Shown in pieces: positions 1-12,200 of a stretch of 64,000 nt of DNA (position 1 is the first letter of the stretch; each line of letters starts with the position of its first letter). The stretch lies in contig MNCI01002242.1 of NCBI GenBank assembly GCA_015680685.1, forward strand, positions 526,792 through 590,791, in the 5' to 3' direction. This DNA comes from Gnetum montanum. Taxonomy: Eukaryota; Plantae; Gnetophyta. The notes beneath the pieces are model-generated. The model ran no database searches. It saw only the letters and a program-made list of their open reading frames with translations, and had not been told where the DNA came from. The position numbers and the translations under genes are program-made.

Positions 1-133
1 TACTTTGGAGATGTTTAGCATCTGAAATCTTTCTGTATCTTTGCACATGAAAAGGAGGATGAATCTTTAAAGAATCAATGGTCTTTACTCTAGATAATGC
101 AACAAACATTAGACTCGTAAGTTCTCTTGTGTA
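1..133 (-). pseudogene. Pif1-type (Helitron-like) helicase C-terminal fragment, duplicated copy
   Basis: Minus strand reads LMFVALSRVKTIDSLKIHPPFHVQRYRKISDAKHLQS (SF1 helicase motif VI, YVALSRV). Positions 1-110 are nearly identical to 411-520. Confidence 0.8.
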
Positions 134-379
134 GTAGTTTCGCGGCCTATGAGTAGAATTTATTTATTTTTATTTTTTAAGTTATCATCACTATTTGCAT
201 TCCAAATAATATATATTGGTAAACATAAATTGGTTAAAATAAAAGTTTATATATTTCGTATATATTGATGAATGAATACATTGCACAATTATTACAACAA
301 ACATTACAAGGTTGTATAATAGGATTGAGCAAAAGGAAAAATACAATGATAAGTGTGAACTGAATATGTGTAATTCTCT

Positions 380-840
380 AATTGAGCAAAATGAACTTCT
401 TATGCAATTCTACTTTGGAGATGTTTAGCATCTGAAATCTTTTTGCATCTTTGCACATGAAAAGGAGGATGAATCTTTAAAGAATCAATGGTCTTGACTC
501 CAGATAATGCAATAAACATTAATAGTAGCCTTATCTAGTGCCATTCCTTGAGATTCATGAATAGTCATGGCCCATGCCAACCATAATGGTGACTGACAAG
601 ATGCTCCTTGAACCATAGGTACAATTGGCACATGATGGGGATTACCATTATCAAAGGCACATCCAATGTAGGAGGCAAAATCAACAATAACGTATAATGG
701 TAATGTAGGTGGCTATTTACCTTAAGGATACATAATATTTTGAATCATGCCAAGTGCACCGTTCACCAATTCTACTTCAAGCCAAAGGTTAATTATAAGT
801 ATTACCTTTGCACCTTTACATATAAGCAGAGATTGCATTA
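380..840 (-). pseudogene. Pif1-type (Helitron-like) helicase remnant, C-terminal motifs
   Basis: Minus strand reads LLICKGAKVILIINLWLEVELVNGALG...SPLWLAWAMTIHESQGMALDKA, matching the Pif1 GLVNG and PLxLAWAxTIHKSQG motifs. Contains stops and a deletion before motif VI. Confidence 0.85.
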
Positions 841-1043
841 CTTGTTGTAGTAGATAGTTGTTGCACTACTTGTTACAGTAGATGGTTGTTGTTGTTGATT
901 TTGAAGAAAGTGTTCTTCACCTTTTCTATTGGGACTAATAGCAGCAGGATCCATGTTTCTAAAAATGCATGAATTCCAATATTACACCTCTTAATCTTGT
1001 AACATGATGCCTAAGTTCAATATTTTTAAATACTGCATCACAC

Positions 1044-1221
1044 CGTAACCATCATCACCTTAACCATTGCCATGATCGTAACTGTCACTGTAACCATAAT
1101 CGTCACCTTTTATAATAATAATAAATATTCATTATTACTGTAATCGTAATCATCACCATTTATAATAATAATAAATATTCAATATTACCAACCATTTATA
1201 ATAATAAATATTCATTATTAC
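1044..1221. repeat. Minisatellite (ACCATAATCGTC-like units and three ACCATTTATAATAATAAATATTCATTATTAC-like units)
   Basis: Directly visible short tandem units. Confidence 0.7.
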
Positions 1222-1237
1222 CCACGTCGAGCCCTAC

Positions 1238-1485
1238 ACATGAGGGAATCTGAAAAGATGAATAGGGAGCCCAAGGGTTAGGGGACATCAATTGAATAGA
1301 GATTCGGCTCCCCCGCAGTGACTCTTTGGCTCCCTTGCATGTGGTGCATTCATGTGAAGGAATACAAAGAGGCGAATGGGAAGCTTAGGGGTTAGGGAAC
1401 ATTAATCGAGTAGAGATTCAACTCCCTTGCACTGATTCTTTAGCTCCCATGCATGTGGCACATGTGTGAGAGAATACGAAGAGAT
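1238..1485. repeat. ~120-bp tandem repeat, about 2 copies
   Basis: AGGGTTAGGGGACATCAATTGAATAGAGATTCGGCTCCCCGCAGTGACTCTTTGGCTCCC recurs ~120 bp later. A partial copy (CCTTGCAGTGACTCTTTGGCT) lies at ~2016. Confidence 0.7.
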
Positions 1486-2750
1486 CAAACTAAATTGGCA
1501 CTACAACATATATTTGTAATGCATATTCATTCGTGGAGATATAAAAAACCATGTTAAAAATGCATAAATAATGTTATTATTATATCACATGCTTTTGTAT
1601 ATTGACATTATTATTACAATGGACAAGATATGAATGATGCTAACACCTCATTCATAATTATTATATTATAATTATCATGGAATCCAATAAATGTTATGAG
1701 ATTATTATAATTAGAGCAATAATCCATAATTATAATTTGAGATATTATGGATTATAAAATTCATTCAAACGGTAAACATTTCATTATAAATAAAGCCAAG
1801 ATATGATAAAATAGTAATCATAATCCATAATGTTAGAGATATTATTCATTCATTCATAATGCTAACCCATAGTGATTATATCTCGGTTAGCATTATCCAT
1901 AAGATATATATAATGACATGATTATAAATAACTAAATTTATTTATGATGAAGTGTTTATAATCATTATATATAACTAAGATTATAAATAATCGAGATAAA
2001 TATAATCATTGGATTCCTTGCAGTGACTCTTTGGCTAGGGGAGATTTATAAATAATTGGTTATTTATGATTATGGCAAGACATGTGCATCAGTGGAGAGC
2101 TCGTCGCCATTTTCCTCAACATTGGCTAAGATCATCACAGCATGATCTTGCTAAAGATCTTCCCGGGGTCTAGGCTGCCAAAGGTACAAAAGTTCTCGTT
2201 TTTAAAATTTACCAGGTTAACAACCATATCATCCATTAGATTCCATTAATCAAAGAATATGTACATAAGGAAAATGCCTCACTACATGCAAGAAGGTAAG
2301 AAGAAATGATCAAATTTGAACTCTTTAAGTCCTCCCAATAAGCAGGAAAAATTGTTAAAATTATGACCAAAGTCAAGCCGACATCTCAAATTGGCTAATA
2401 ATTTTCATGTGCTAGNNNNNNNNNNNNNNNNNNNNNNNNNNNNNNNNNNNNNNNNNNNNNNNNNNNNNNNNNNNNNNNNNNNNNNNNNNNNNNNNNNNNN
2501 NNNNNNNNNNNNNNNNNNNNNNNNNNNNNNNNNNNNNNNNNNNNNNNNNNNNNNNNNNNNNNNNNNNNNNNNNNNNNNNNNNNNNNNNNNNNNNNNNNNN
2601 NNNNNNNNNNNNNNNNNNNNNNNNNNNNNNNNNNNNNNNNNNNNNNNNNNNNNNNNNNNNNNNNNNNNNNNNNNNNNNNNNNNNNNNNNNNNNNNNNNNN
2701 NNNNNNNNNNNNNNNNNNNNNNNNNNNNNNNNNNNNNNNNNNNNNNNNNN

Positions 2751-4404
2751 CTTTGATGTTAGATGCATATCAAAAATAGGTATGGTGATAGAAAATTTAT
2801 AAAAGGAACTAGATCCTTTCTAAAAGTAAAAAGTGAATAGTATGAAGATCAAAATGTCTAAACATCATAACTAAATCTACTACAATATCAGAAACCTTTG
2901 TATTTTTGAAAATTGCTCCAACAAACAATATGTTTGAGGAAGACACTTGCTAAATGTCAGTTTTATTACTGAAGCCATAAGAGTTCTCATGTTTAAGGAT
3001 TTAATCAAAGGACTGAGATTAATAATAAAAACAAGAGAGGTCCTACTGGTGTTATAAATGCTTCCTTGGATAACTTGGATGAGAGCAGCTACATGTGAAG
3101 TAGAAACTTTATACAACATCATTCAATCAACTAGTTACTCTCCATCATGATTTGGGAGTACATAATTTAGTATAGAAAAGTCTAAACCTCAATGAACTAT
3201 GTCATGTTGATAAAGTGAGAGCTAGATCAGCTGACAAAAAAAATGGAAGAAATGACAATAATGATAGAATTATCACTACTGCTCTCAGATCTAAAACTCA
3301 AACAAACTCTTGGATGTCCAACAAGAAGATCTTAGTTGAGCATGAAGGCCAAAACTTGAAAGGTTTTAGAGTACATTTTCAACTAGAAATTGCAAAGAAA
3401 AAAATGTTTTATGGGTTAAAAAAATTTTATGTGGATCATGTGCAATAGCTAAAGAGAGTTGATAGATATCAAAAAATGCATAAAAAGCAAAGAAATTAGA
3501 AAACATGGAAGAAGCTGTTAAAAATGAACTATAAAAGAGGCAATAATGACAAACATCGAAAGAATCACAAAGTGCTTTTAGGGAATTTCACTCCTCATTT
3601 GCTCTTAATGCTAGACGCATGCAAAAAACAAGAATGGTAGCAAATAATTTATAAAAAAAAAAACTTGATCCTTTCTAAAATAAAAAAGTATGCACATGTT
3701 TACAAGAAAAAAACGTGGGAACATGTTTGAAAGAAAAAAAATAGGTACATGTTTGAAAGAAAAAAATGACAATCCTTACATTTATAGGTGTGACGATGGG
3801 CCAACAATGTGAAAATCAAAATGTCTAAACTTTAAAATTGAATTTGCTATAACATCAGAAATCTCTGTATATTGAAAATTTTTCAATAGATGATATGTTT
3901 GGGGAAAGACATTTTCCAAACATGAATTTCATTGTTAAAGCCACAAGAGTTCAAAAGTGCCCTTACATTTAAGGATTTAATCAAAGAACTAAAATTCATA
4001 ATTAAAATAATAGAGGTACTACTGGTGCTATAAATGATTCCTTGAAAAGCTTGGAGGAGAGCAACTACATGTAAAGCAAAAAATTTACCTAGTAGCATTC
4101 AATCAACTAGTTGTTCTCCTTCATGACTTGGAAGTATACAATTCATTATAGAACAATTCAAGCATTAATGAACTATATCATTCTGATGAAGCAAGAGCTA
4201 GATTGGCTAATATAAGTAGCTAGAGAAATAACAGTAATGATAGAATTATCATTGTTGCTCTCATATCTAAAACTCAAGTAAGTTGTTGGATGCCCAACAA
4301 AAAGACCTTTGTTGAGCATGGAGTCTAAAACCTTTCAGGTTCTAGAGTCCATCTTCATCTAATGATCGCAAAGAGGAAAAATGTTTTATGGATTAAAAAT
4401 TTTA
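2751..4404 (-). repeat. Tandem array L, ~980-bp unit, about 1.7 copies visible (runs into gap), inverted relative to array R
   Basis: ATTCAATCAACTAGTT at 3121 and 4098; TTATGGRTTAAAAA at ~3408 and ~4386. The reverse complement matches the units of 9223-13646. Confidence 0.9.
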
Positions 4405-4974
4405 GAACAAATTCATCCAAGAACAAGAACACATGATAAATTATGCCAATATTTTTTCTTAATCTTGTGAATATGAAAAATTTGATAAACGAATCTTATT
4501 CTTCATCTAGAAGTTATGAAAGTTATAATCCATAAATCTTGTTCTACATCCAAAATTTGTGAAATATTTTATTTAAATACCTTATTGTTTATCAATGAAG
4601 AGGATTCTTTCAGTCAAATTATAAATATATAACTAAGCTAGTGATCATTAATCATTGCTTAAAGGGATCATATAAACATAATAATTTAAAAAGATTCTAT
4701 TTATAGTTATGCATGAACCCAATTTTTTAAGGTAGTTGTTAAGGTACAAATTATTTTTGTAAAATTAATAATAATTCATAAAATTGTAAATTCAAAATAG
4801 AGTCAATTGTAAGAACATACTTTTAATTATTCAAAGAATAAATAGGTTAAAATACATCATGATTAATCAATTTTCAAACATTCATAATTAAAAAATGCAT
4901 AATGGAAAATGTTTTGACATCCACGATAGTACAAATGCATCATCAGAATAATTGTAAAATCATTCTTCATTATA

Positions 4975-7900
4975 TTTAATGTGTTACTCTTCATCGAATC
5001 TATTTTGAAGGTGATAAGCCTTTGATATCTTAATATATCTTTGTTTGAAAATTGAAGGAAATATCTTTAAAATGTCAATATTCTTTACCCAAGATAGTGT
5101 AATAAATGTAAGACCTACTATTTCTTTACTACCATCATCTATACATGCTTTCTCCAAGGTTCCCTATGACTTCTATATAATTAAAGCCCATGCAAATCTC
5201 AATGGTAGTTAGCAAGATCCTCTATGTATGATTAGTGGAATGGGTACTTATTGAGGATGTTCTTAGTCATATAGTATCCCAATGTCACAATCAAACTCAA
5301 TGGTAACATACAGTGGTAGATGTGCAAGTTTACAGTGGAAACTATAAATTATTTTCTTAATGACTCCCAATGTGCCATTCATTAATCCTACTTCTGGTCA
5401 TAGATTAATAGTAAGTATAACTCTTACAGTTTTACATATAAATATAACTTAATCTAACTCTCATTCTACATTATCCTAGAATCTAACACCATCTGTGTTT
5501 CTATTTATTATGCACTATGCAACCAGCTTTTGCATTTTTAACAATACCTTTTTATTATGCATATGCACCTTATCTTTTGTATCAAACAATGAATAGAATC
5601 TTCAAACCAATCTCACCCATCTAATGTTAATGGAAGATCCATTCTTGAGCTTAAAAACTCATAATTAGCATCACTGAGTTTTCCTTTTAGTATATTCATC
5701 AAAGCTTCTCTAAATCTTTGTTGTCATGGATAATCTCCCCTTCATCAATACATAACATCCAATGTTATAAATATATTAATGCAAACCACAAATTTGTTAC
5801 ATGAATCTAAGATGATATGTACAATGTAGCATCTTTCACATGTGGAAGTTGTGTAAGATCTCCAATGAGTATCACTAATCTACCACCAAAATTATTTGAT
5901 CAGTTATCTAAAAATATTTCCTTAAGCCTTCTATCAATGCTACTAAGTAATTTTCCATTTATAAAACTTATTTCATCTATAATGATATACCTTATGTATT
6001 AATATCTATTCTATAATGATGCCAAAACTAATGCAATAAGTGGTTGTTACTCCTTGATTCTAATCTTTAATGCAAAATGTATTATAGTGGCATTAATATT
6101 TTATGTCATAGCACTAGTAGGTATGAGCACAAATAAACTATTTTTTCTAATGCGAAACATCTACTAAATTTTTAACAAATGATGTCAATGAGATATGATT
6201 TTCCTATGCTCACTTTTCCTTGAATAATCATCAATAGGGGATTAACTTCATCAATTTTGAATTGTTACATATACAAGTAATTGATGATAATCTTGTAGCA
6301 TTTATTTTGTTTAACTCCTAGGGAAGATAATTCCACCTCCTTATAGTTATTTCTTGAAGATGTTATTATCCCATGTGATTCATGTATTTGAGCAAAAGAC
6401 ATAACAATCTTTACAATATCTTCTTTAGGATAGCTAGCTAACCATTCATGTTGTCTATCTCAAATCCTTATTCTAAGCATTTCAAGTTTACTTTGCTAGA
6501 AATGAGTTGATGCAAGTAGATATCAATTCAGTATTTCAAAATCATATTAAATATCATCCTATCTTTCTAGAATGATATCTTTAGATTAGCTCTCTTCTCA
6601 TAAGCATGATCGAAATCTTCATTGAATGTCTCCTGTTCGAATTCACATGTGTCGAAAAAAAATTCATTTTAATTCAATTTCTTCATCATTCTTCCTAGAT
6701 AATGTTTTATGTATCTAAAAGGATCGTATAGTAGCAACTATACCCAATAATAATCTATTCATTGTTCCTCTCCTATTCTTGAAGGTACTCTAAATCTAGC
6801 ATATATTTTGATAACTAGCTGTGGTTGAGTTCACCATACTAGTGCCTCTTTCTTTTTAGAACTAAACATAAAATATTTTACAATGTTTAGTAATGAAACT
6901 CCTTCCATTTCCAAGGGTCTCTTTTGATATGCATTAATAAGGGATGTGTATGTTTTAGAATTCTCATCATCTGTAGTTAGTATAACTCTTTTATCGATAT
7001 CTCTAGATACATTTAGAGTATTAGATGTTCTACTACATTCAACCAACATAAGTTCATATCATATATGATAAACCTCCATAGCACCAATATCCTTATCAAC
7101 TGTAGCATCCATTATGAGTCTTTTGTATGCATTCATTGCATTTTCTTTTGGGTTTCGAGAATCTGCAATATGAAGTAACAAATCATGAAAGGATCATGAC
7201 TTCTTTTCGAATTTTGCTACATATTTTGTGATGTACTTAATAACAACATATTTGTCAAGAACTGGTTGAAAGTCTATGTTTTCTTTCCATGCTTGCAGAA
7301 TCATTCTATAATGAATGTTCAATCTCGTATCATTTCAATGTGGTTTGTATGTTACATAATTATTATTTTGTGAATCTTGAAAGAGTTTCTATTGCAATTG
7401 CAATATCCATGGAACATTATACTTGAGAAAAAAATTGAATTCATATCATTTTCTTTTACAATTAAATACATTCATGATGTAAACAATAACCAATGTATTT
7501 AGAATAAAATAGTTCTACCTGTAAGCTTGTACATTAGTTTATAATCTTAAACATGCACCTTTTTTACATTATGTATGGCACTAAGCAGAATTTAAAAGCT
7601 CATCATAATTAATACAAAATCCATGAATTGTAGCTAATGACTTTCAATCTCACATGGATGCCTAGGATTATTAACATGTTGCATTTGCAAATGATAGATT
7701 TGTAAAATATTAAGTTGCTTCAAATTACTTCAACAATTTTTAAAAATTTAAGAGAAATTAAATAGCAGGTATAAAATTATAAATAACTTACATCATTGGA
7801 TATTTCATCTTAATTGGATTTAGTATTCCATGCATTTTTGTTTGCATGAAAAAATTCTCTTGTCTTTCTAACTACTTTCAGATTATTCCAATCAAGGTCT

Positions 7901-9225
7901 TCTATGTTTGGAGCTCTCTTTATTTAAAGAAATTCATGGACATGTGGTGATCTCCTATTATGCCACTTATATCTTACCCAGTAATTACCCACATTGAATT
8001 CCTCAAATAATACCTTTCCTCAAAATGTCTTATTTCGAAGATGCATAAACTCAAAAACTATATGTGGATTCTTGATAATATTTTTCATTCTCCAATCCTT
8101 TGTGAAGAAGCATTTTTCAGTGGTTCTCCAAACATTACTTTATGTGTAGGCCTAGCTAGTAAAAATTGGCTACACCTAAATTACAAAGAACAGTTGAACC
8201 CAACTCATTTATCAAATCAAACAATTCCACTTTGCATTTTCTTTAGCAGGAATGTGTTCTTGATATTGTAGTTTCAAATCTCATCAAATTATCAATAAAA
8301 TTATTTTTTAGTGCATATTATAGGTCCTTCACATAATTCTTAGATTGTTAATTATGCTTCAATAATATTTTTTTTTGAAGAATACTAACATTTATTTTAA
8401 TGCATGATGTCTTATTATCATCTTGTAAATGTGGTATCTAAAAATGAAACTAATACAAAATTAGTTTATATAGTTTTAAAAACATTAGCACTATCTAGTA
8501 ATATGAGTAGATAACAATTGTGATGCTTGAATCTTTTATGACATTCAAATTTTCCATCCTTCTATTGGATTAGATGTCTAGCATATTCATGCAACATGAC
8601 ATCCTTGGATCTTCTTGTAAGGAAATCAGATTTTTAATGTGGAAATAACATTGGAAGCATTCCAACTATGTTGAACTTATTGATATGTGACTATGAAAGT
8701 AATGGCCATTGTGCATAATCTAAACTTTAAACATTTGGATTTTCTAATGAAGCTCTTTCCAAATTAGTTCTTTTCCCAAAATAATTGGGTGTTATGCTAT
8801 AGATGACATGTGCCTAATAATATTTTTCTCCTTTAATTCAACTAAAGGACCATCAAACTACAATCTCATCTGGCCATCCTCCTCAAATAATGTAATATCA
8901 TGAATCCTTTCAAAGATATTAACATATTATGTATCACTAATAACATCCAAAGCATGATCATCTATTTTTATATCCTAATAGAAAGGATCATTTTGTTTCT
9001 TATACAGTAACACAGCATACATACATTTTTTATTTACAACAAAGTTATAGGTGGTTTCAATTTGATCAGCTCTTCTTAGTATTAACATTGCAATTTCATG
9101 AATACTCAAAGGAAGTCTAGTTGTAATTTTAAATACATCTTGCATAAAGCTAATGGTATGTCCTTTATATTGCAATTGATCTTCTATAGCATGTGTGACT
9201 TGTAATATAGGGTTAATTCTTACTA
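4975..9225 (-). mobile_element. Decayed Helitron2/Helentron-type Rep-helicase (HUH Y2 Rep + Pif1 helicase) gene, 5'-truncated
   Basis: Minus-strand motifs in the expected order: RINPILQVTHA..QLQYKGHTISFMQDV (9225-9130); Rep motif WVRYKWHNRRSPHVH (7980-7935); ILQAWKENIDFQPVLDKYVVIKYITKYVAK (Y2, ~7300-7210); DKDIGAMEV; Walker A IIQGKVSIGKSYLI (~6230-6190); IIDEISF; FGGRLVILIGDLTQLP; GLMNG; FITLSWVK. Many stops and frameshifts. Confidence 0.9.
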
Positions 9226-12200
9226 TTTTCTTTTAGAAAATACCATGTTCTTCCTATAAATTTTCTACCATTCCTATTTTTAGCATGTATCCATTATCAA
9301 AGATGCTAATGAGGGGTGAAATTCTTTGAAAGCACTTCATGATGTGTATGATGTCTATCATTTCTATCTCATTTGTAGTTCATGCTTAGCAACTTCTTTC
9401 ATGTTTTACAATTTTCTTCTTTTTATGCATTTTCTTTGATCTATGCCAAATTTCTTTAACTACTCCACATGATCTACATAAAATTTCTAACTCATAAAGT
9501 GTCTTGTCTATTAAAGATTATCGACTATAGATGGAGTTTATAATCTTTCAAGTTCTAAACTCCATGCTTAATTAAGGTCTTTTATTAGGCACCCACAAGT
9601 TTGTTTGAGTTCTAGATCCAAAAGTAACTGTGATGATGCTACCATTATTTTTCTTTCTCCCGTTGCTTTTTCTAGCTGATCTAGCTCCAACTTCATTGGA
9701 ATGACATAGTTTTCTCAAGTCATGATGCAAAAAATCTAGTTGATTAAATGGTATTACACAAAGTTTCTACATCACATAAAGCTACTCTCCTCTAGGCTAT
9801 TTGTGTTGAAGAAATTTTCAAACTTTGAAAGTTCTTGTTGCTATAGCAAATTCAATTCTAATGTTTAGAATTTTTGATCTTTAGATTGTTGACCCACCTT
9901 CATACCTACAGATGTAAGAGTTGTTAATTTATTTTTGACATGTGCCCACTATTTTTTTCTTTCTAATATATCCCCACTATTTTTTTTCTTTCCAAAATGT
10001 GCCTATTTTTTTCTTTCCAACATATGCCAACTATTTTTTTTCTTTCCAACATGTGCACACTATTTATTTTTCAATATAGGCTCACTATTTTTTTTCTTTC
10101 TAACATGTACCCTCTATTTTTTTTCCCAACATATGCCCACTATTTCTTTCTAGAAAAGACCATGTTCTTCCTATAAATTGTTTGTGCCATCCTTATTTTT
10201 GGCATGCATCCAACATCAAAGACATGCTAATGATGGGTGAAATTCCCTAAAAGTACATTATGCTACTTCCAATATCTATCGTTTCTATCTCATTTGTAGT
10301 TCATGTTTAGCAAATCCTTCCAAGTTTTGTAGTTTTTTTTTTCTTTTGGTGCATTTTGTTTGATGTCTACTAACTCTATTTAGCTACTCCACACATGATC
10401 CACATAAAATTATTAACTTGTAAAACTTCTTCTCTATTCCCGATTGTTGGTTGAAGATGAAATCTAAAACCTTTCAACTTCTAGACTCTAGACTCAAATA
10501 AGGTCTTCTTGTTGGATGCTAATGAGTTTATTTGAGTTCTAGATCTAAGAGTAGCTATGATAATTTTTTCATTGCTACTATTTTTCCTACTAATTTTGCA
10601 AGCTAATCTAGCTCTAGCTTCATTAGAATGACAGTTCATTGACATTCAAACTCTTCTAGACTAAATTATGTGCACTTAAGTCATGATGAAGAACATCTAG
10701 TTGATTGAATGATGATACATAGAGTTTCTACTTCACATGAAGCTTCTCTCCTCTAGGCTATTTCTATTGGAGAAAATTTTAAATTGTGGAGGTTGATAAT
10801 GTTGTAGAAGAGTCAATTATAATGTTCAAACTTTCTAATCTTCATACTATTGGTCCATCTTCAAACCTACAAATGTAAGGGTTGCCATTGTTTTCTTTCC
10901 AACCTGTGCCCACTATTTTCTTTACAAAATGACCATGTTTTTCCAATAACTTCTTTACTATCATCCTTGTTTTTAGCATGCGTCCAGCATCAAAGACACA
11001 CTGATGAGAGGTGAAATTTCCTAAAAGTGCTTCATGCTACTCTTAGTGTCTATCATTTCAATCTCATTTGAAGTTCATGTTTGGTGGCTCCTGCCATGTT
11101 TTGTAGTTTCTTTGCTTTTTCTGCATTTTGTTCAGTCTCTACCAACTCCCTTTAGCTATTTCACATGATCCATATAAAATGTTTAACCAATAATACTTCT
11201 TCCTTTTTTCATGATTTCCAACTGAAGATGGAGTCTAGATACTTTCAAGTTCTAGACTCCATGATCAATTAAGATCTTCTTGTTAGGCACTAACAAGTTT
11301 GTTTAACTTCTACATCCAACAACAGTAGTTACAATTTTGTCATTACTATTATTTCTCATGATTTTTTTGCCAACCAATCTAGCTCTAGCTTTGTCAAAAT
11401 GACATAATTCATTAACATTCAGAAACTTCTAAACTAAACTGTATGCTCTTAAGTCATAATAGAGAACATCTAGTTGATCTAATGGTGCTACACAAAGTTT
11501 CTACTTTATATTAAGCTGCTCTTCTCCAAGCTATTTCAATTAGAAAAATTTTTAAACTATAAAGGTTCTTGATATTGTAATAGATTCAATTCTAATGTTT
11601 AGACTTTTGAATCTTTAGACTATTAATCCACCTTCAAAAAGGAAAATGTAAGGATTGTCATTTTTTTCTTTCCAACATGTTCCGCTATCTTCTATTAGAA
11701 AGGATCATGTACTTCCTCAAAACTATCTTCTATCATCCCTAATTTTGGCATGCATCTAGCATCAAAGGTACATTGATGAAAGGTAAAATTCTCTAAAAAT
11801 GCTTTGTGCTACTTGTAATGTTTGCCATTTTTGTCTCATTTGTAGTTCATGTTTAGCAACTTCTTCCACATTTTGTAGTTTATTTACTTTTTTGCATTTT
11901 GTTTGGTCTATGCCAACTCTCTTTAGCTTATTATACATAATTGATATAAAGTTTTTAACCTATAGAACTTCTTCTCTATTTGCGATTGTTGGCTAAAGAT
12001 GAAGTCTATAACCTTTCAAGTTCTAGACTTGGTGCTCGATTAAGGTCTTCTTGTTAGGCATCCATAGGTTTGTTTAAGTTCTAGATCTAAGAGTATTAGT
12101 AATAATTTATTCATTATTGATGTTTCTTCTATTGCTTTTACTAGTCTGTCTAGATCTAGCTTAGTCAAAATGACATTGTTTATTAACATTCACACTCTTT

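Noticed and set aside
1276-1397. GGGTTAGGG telomere-like motifs
   Set aside because: Isolated occurrences within the 120-bp repeat, not a telomeric tract.
2391-2768. Long ORFs in the supplied track
   Set aside because: Artefacts of the N-gap at 2416-2750.
3215-3448. Array unit as an NBS-LRR-derived leucine-rich repeat
   Set aside because: Only a faint LK.FYVD resemblance; no regular LxxLxL periodicity.
9930-10145. ~27-bp repeats as a possible CRISPR array
   Set aside because: The units are contiguous and degenerate, with no unique spacers and no cas genes. This is a sub-repeat of the satellite unit in a eukaryotic context.
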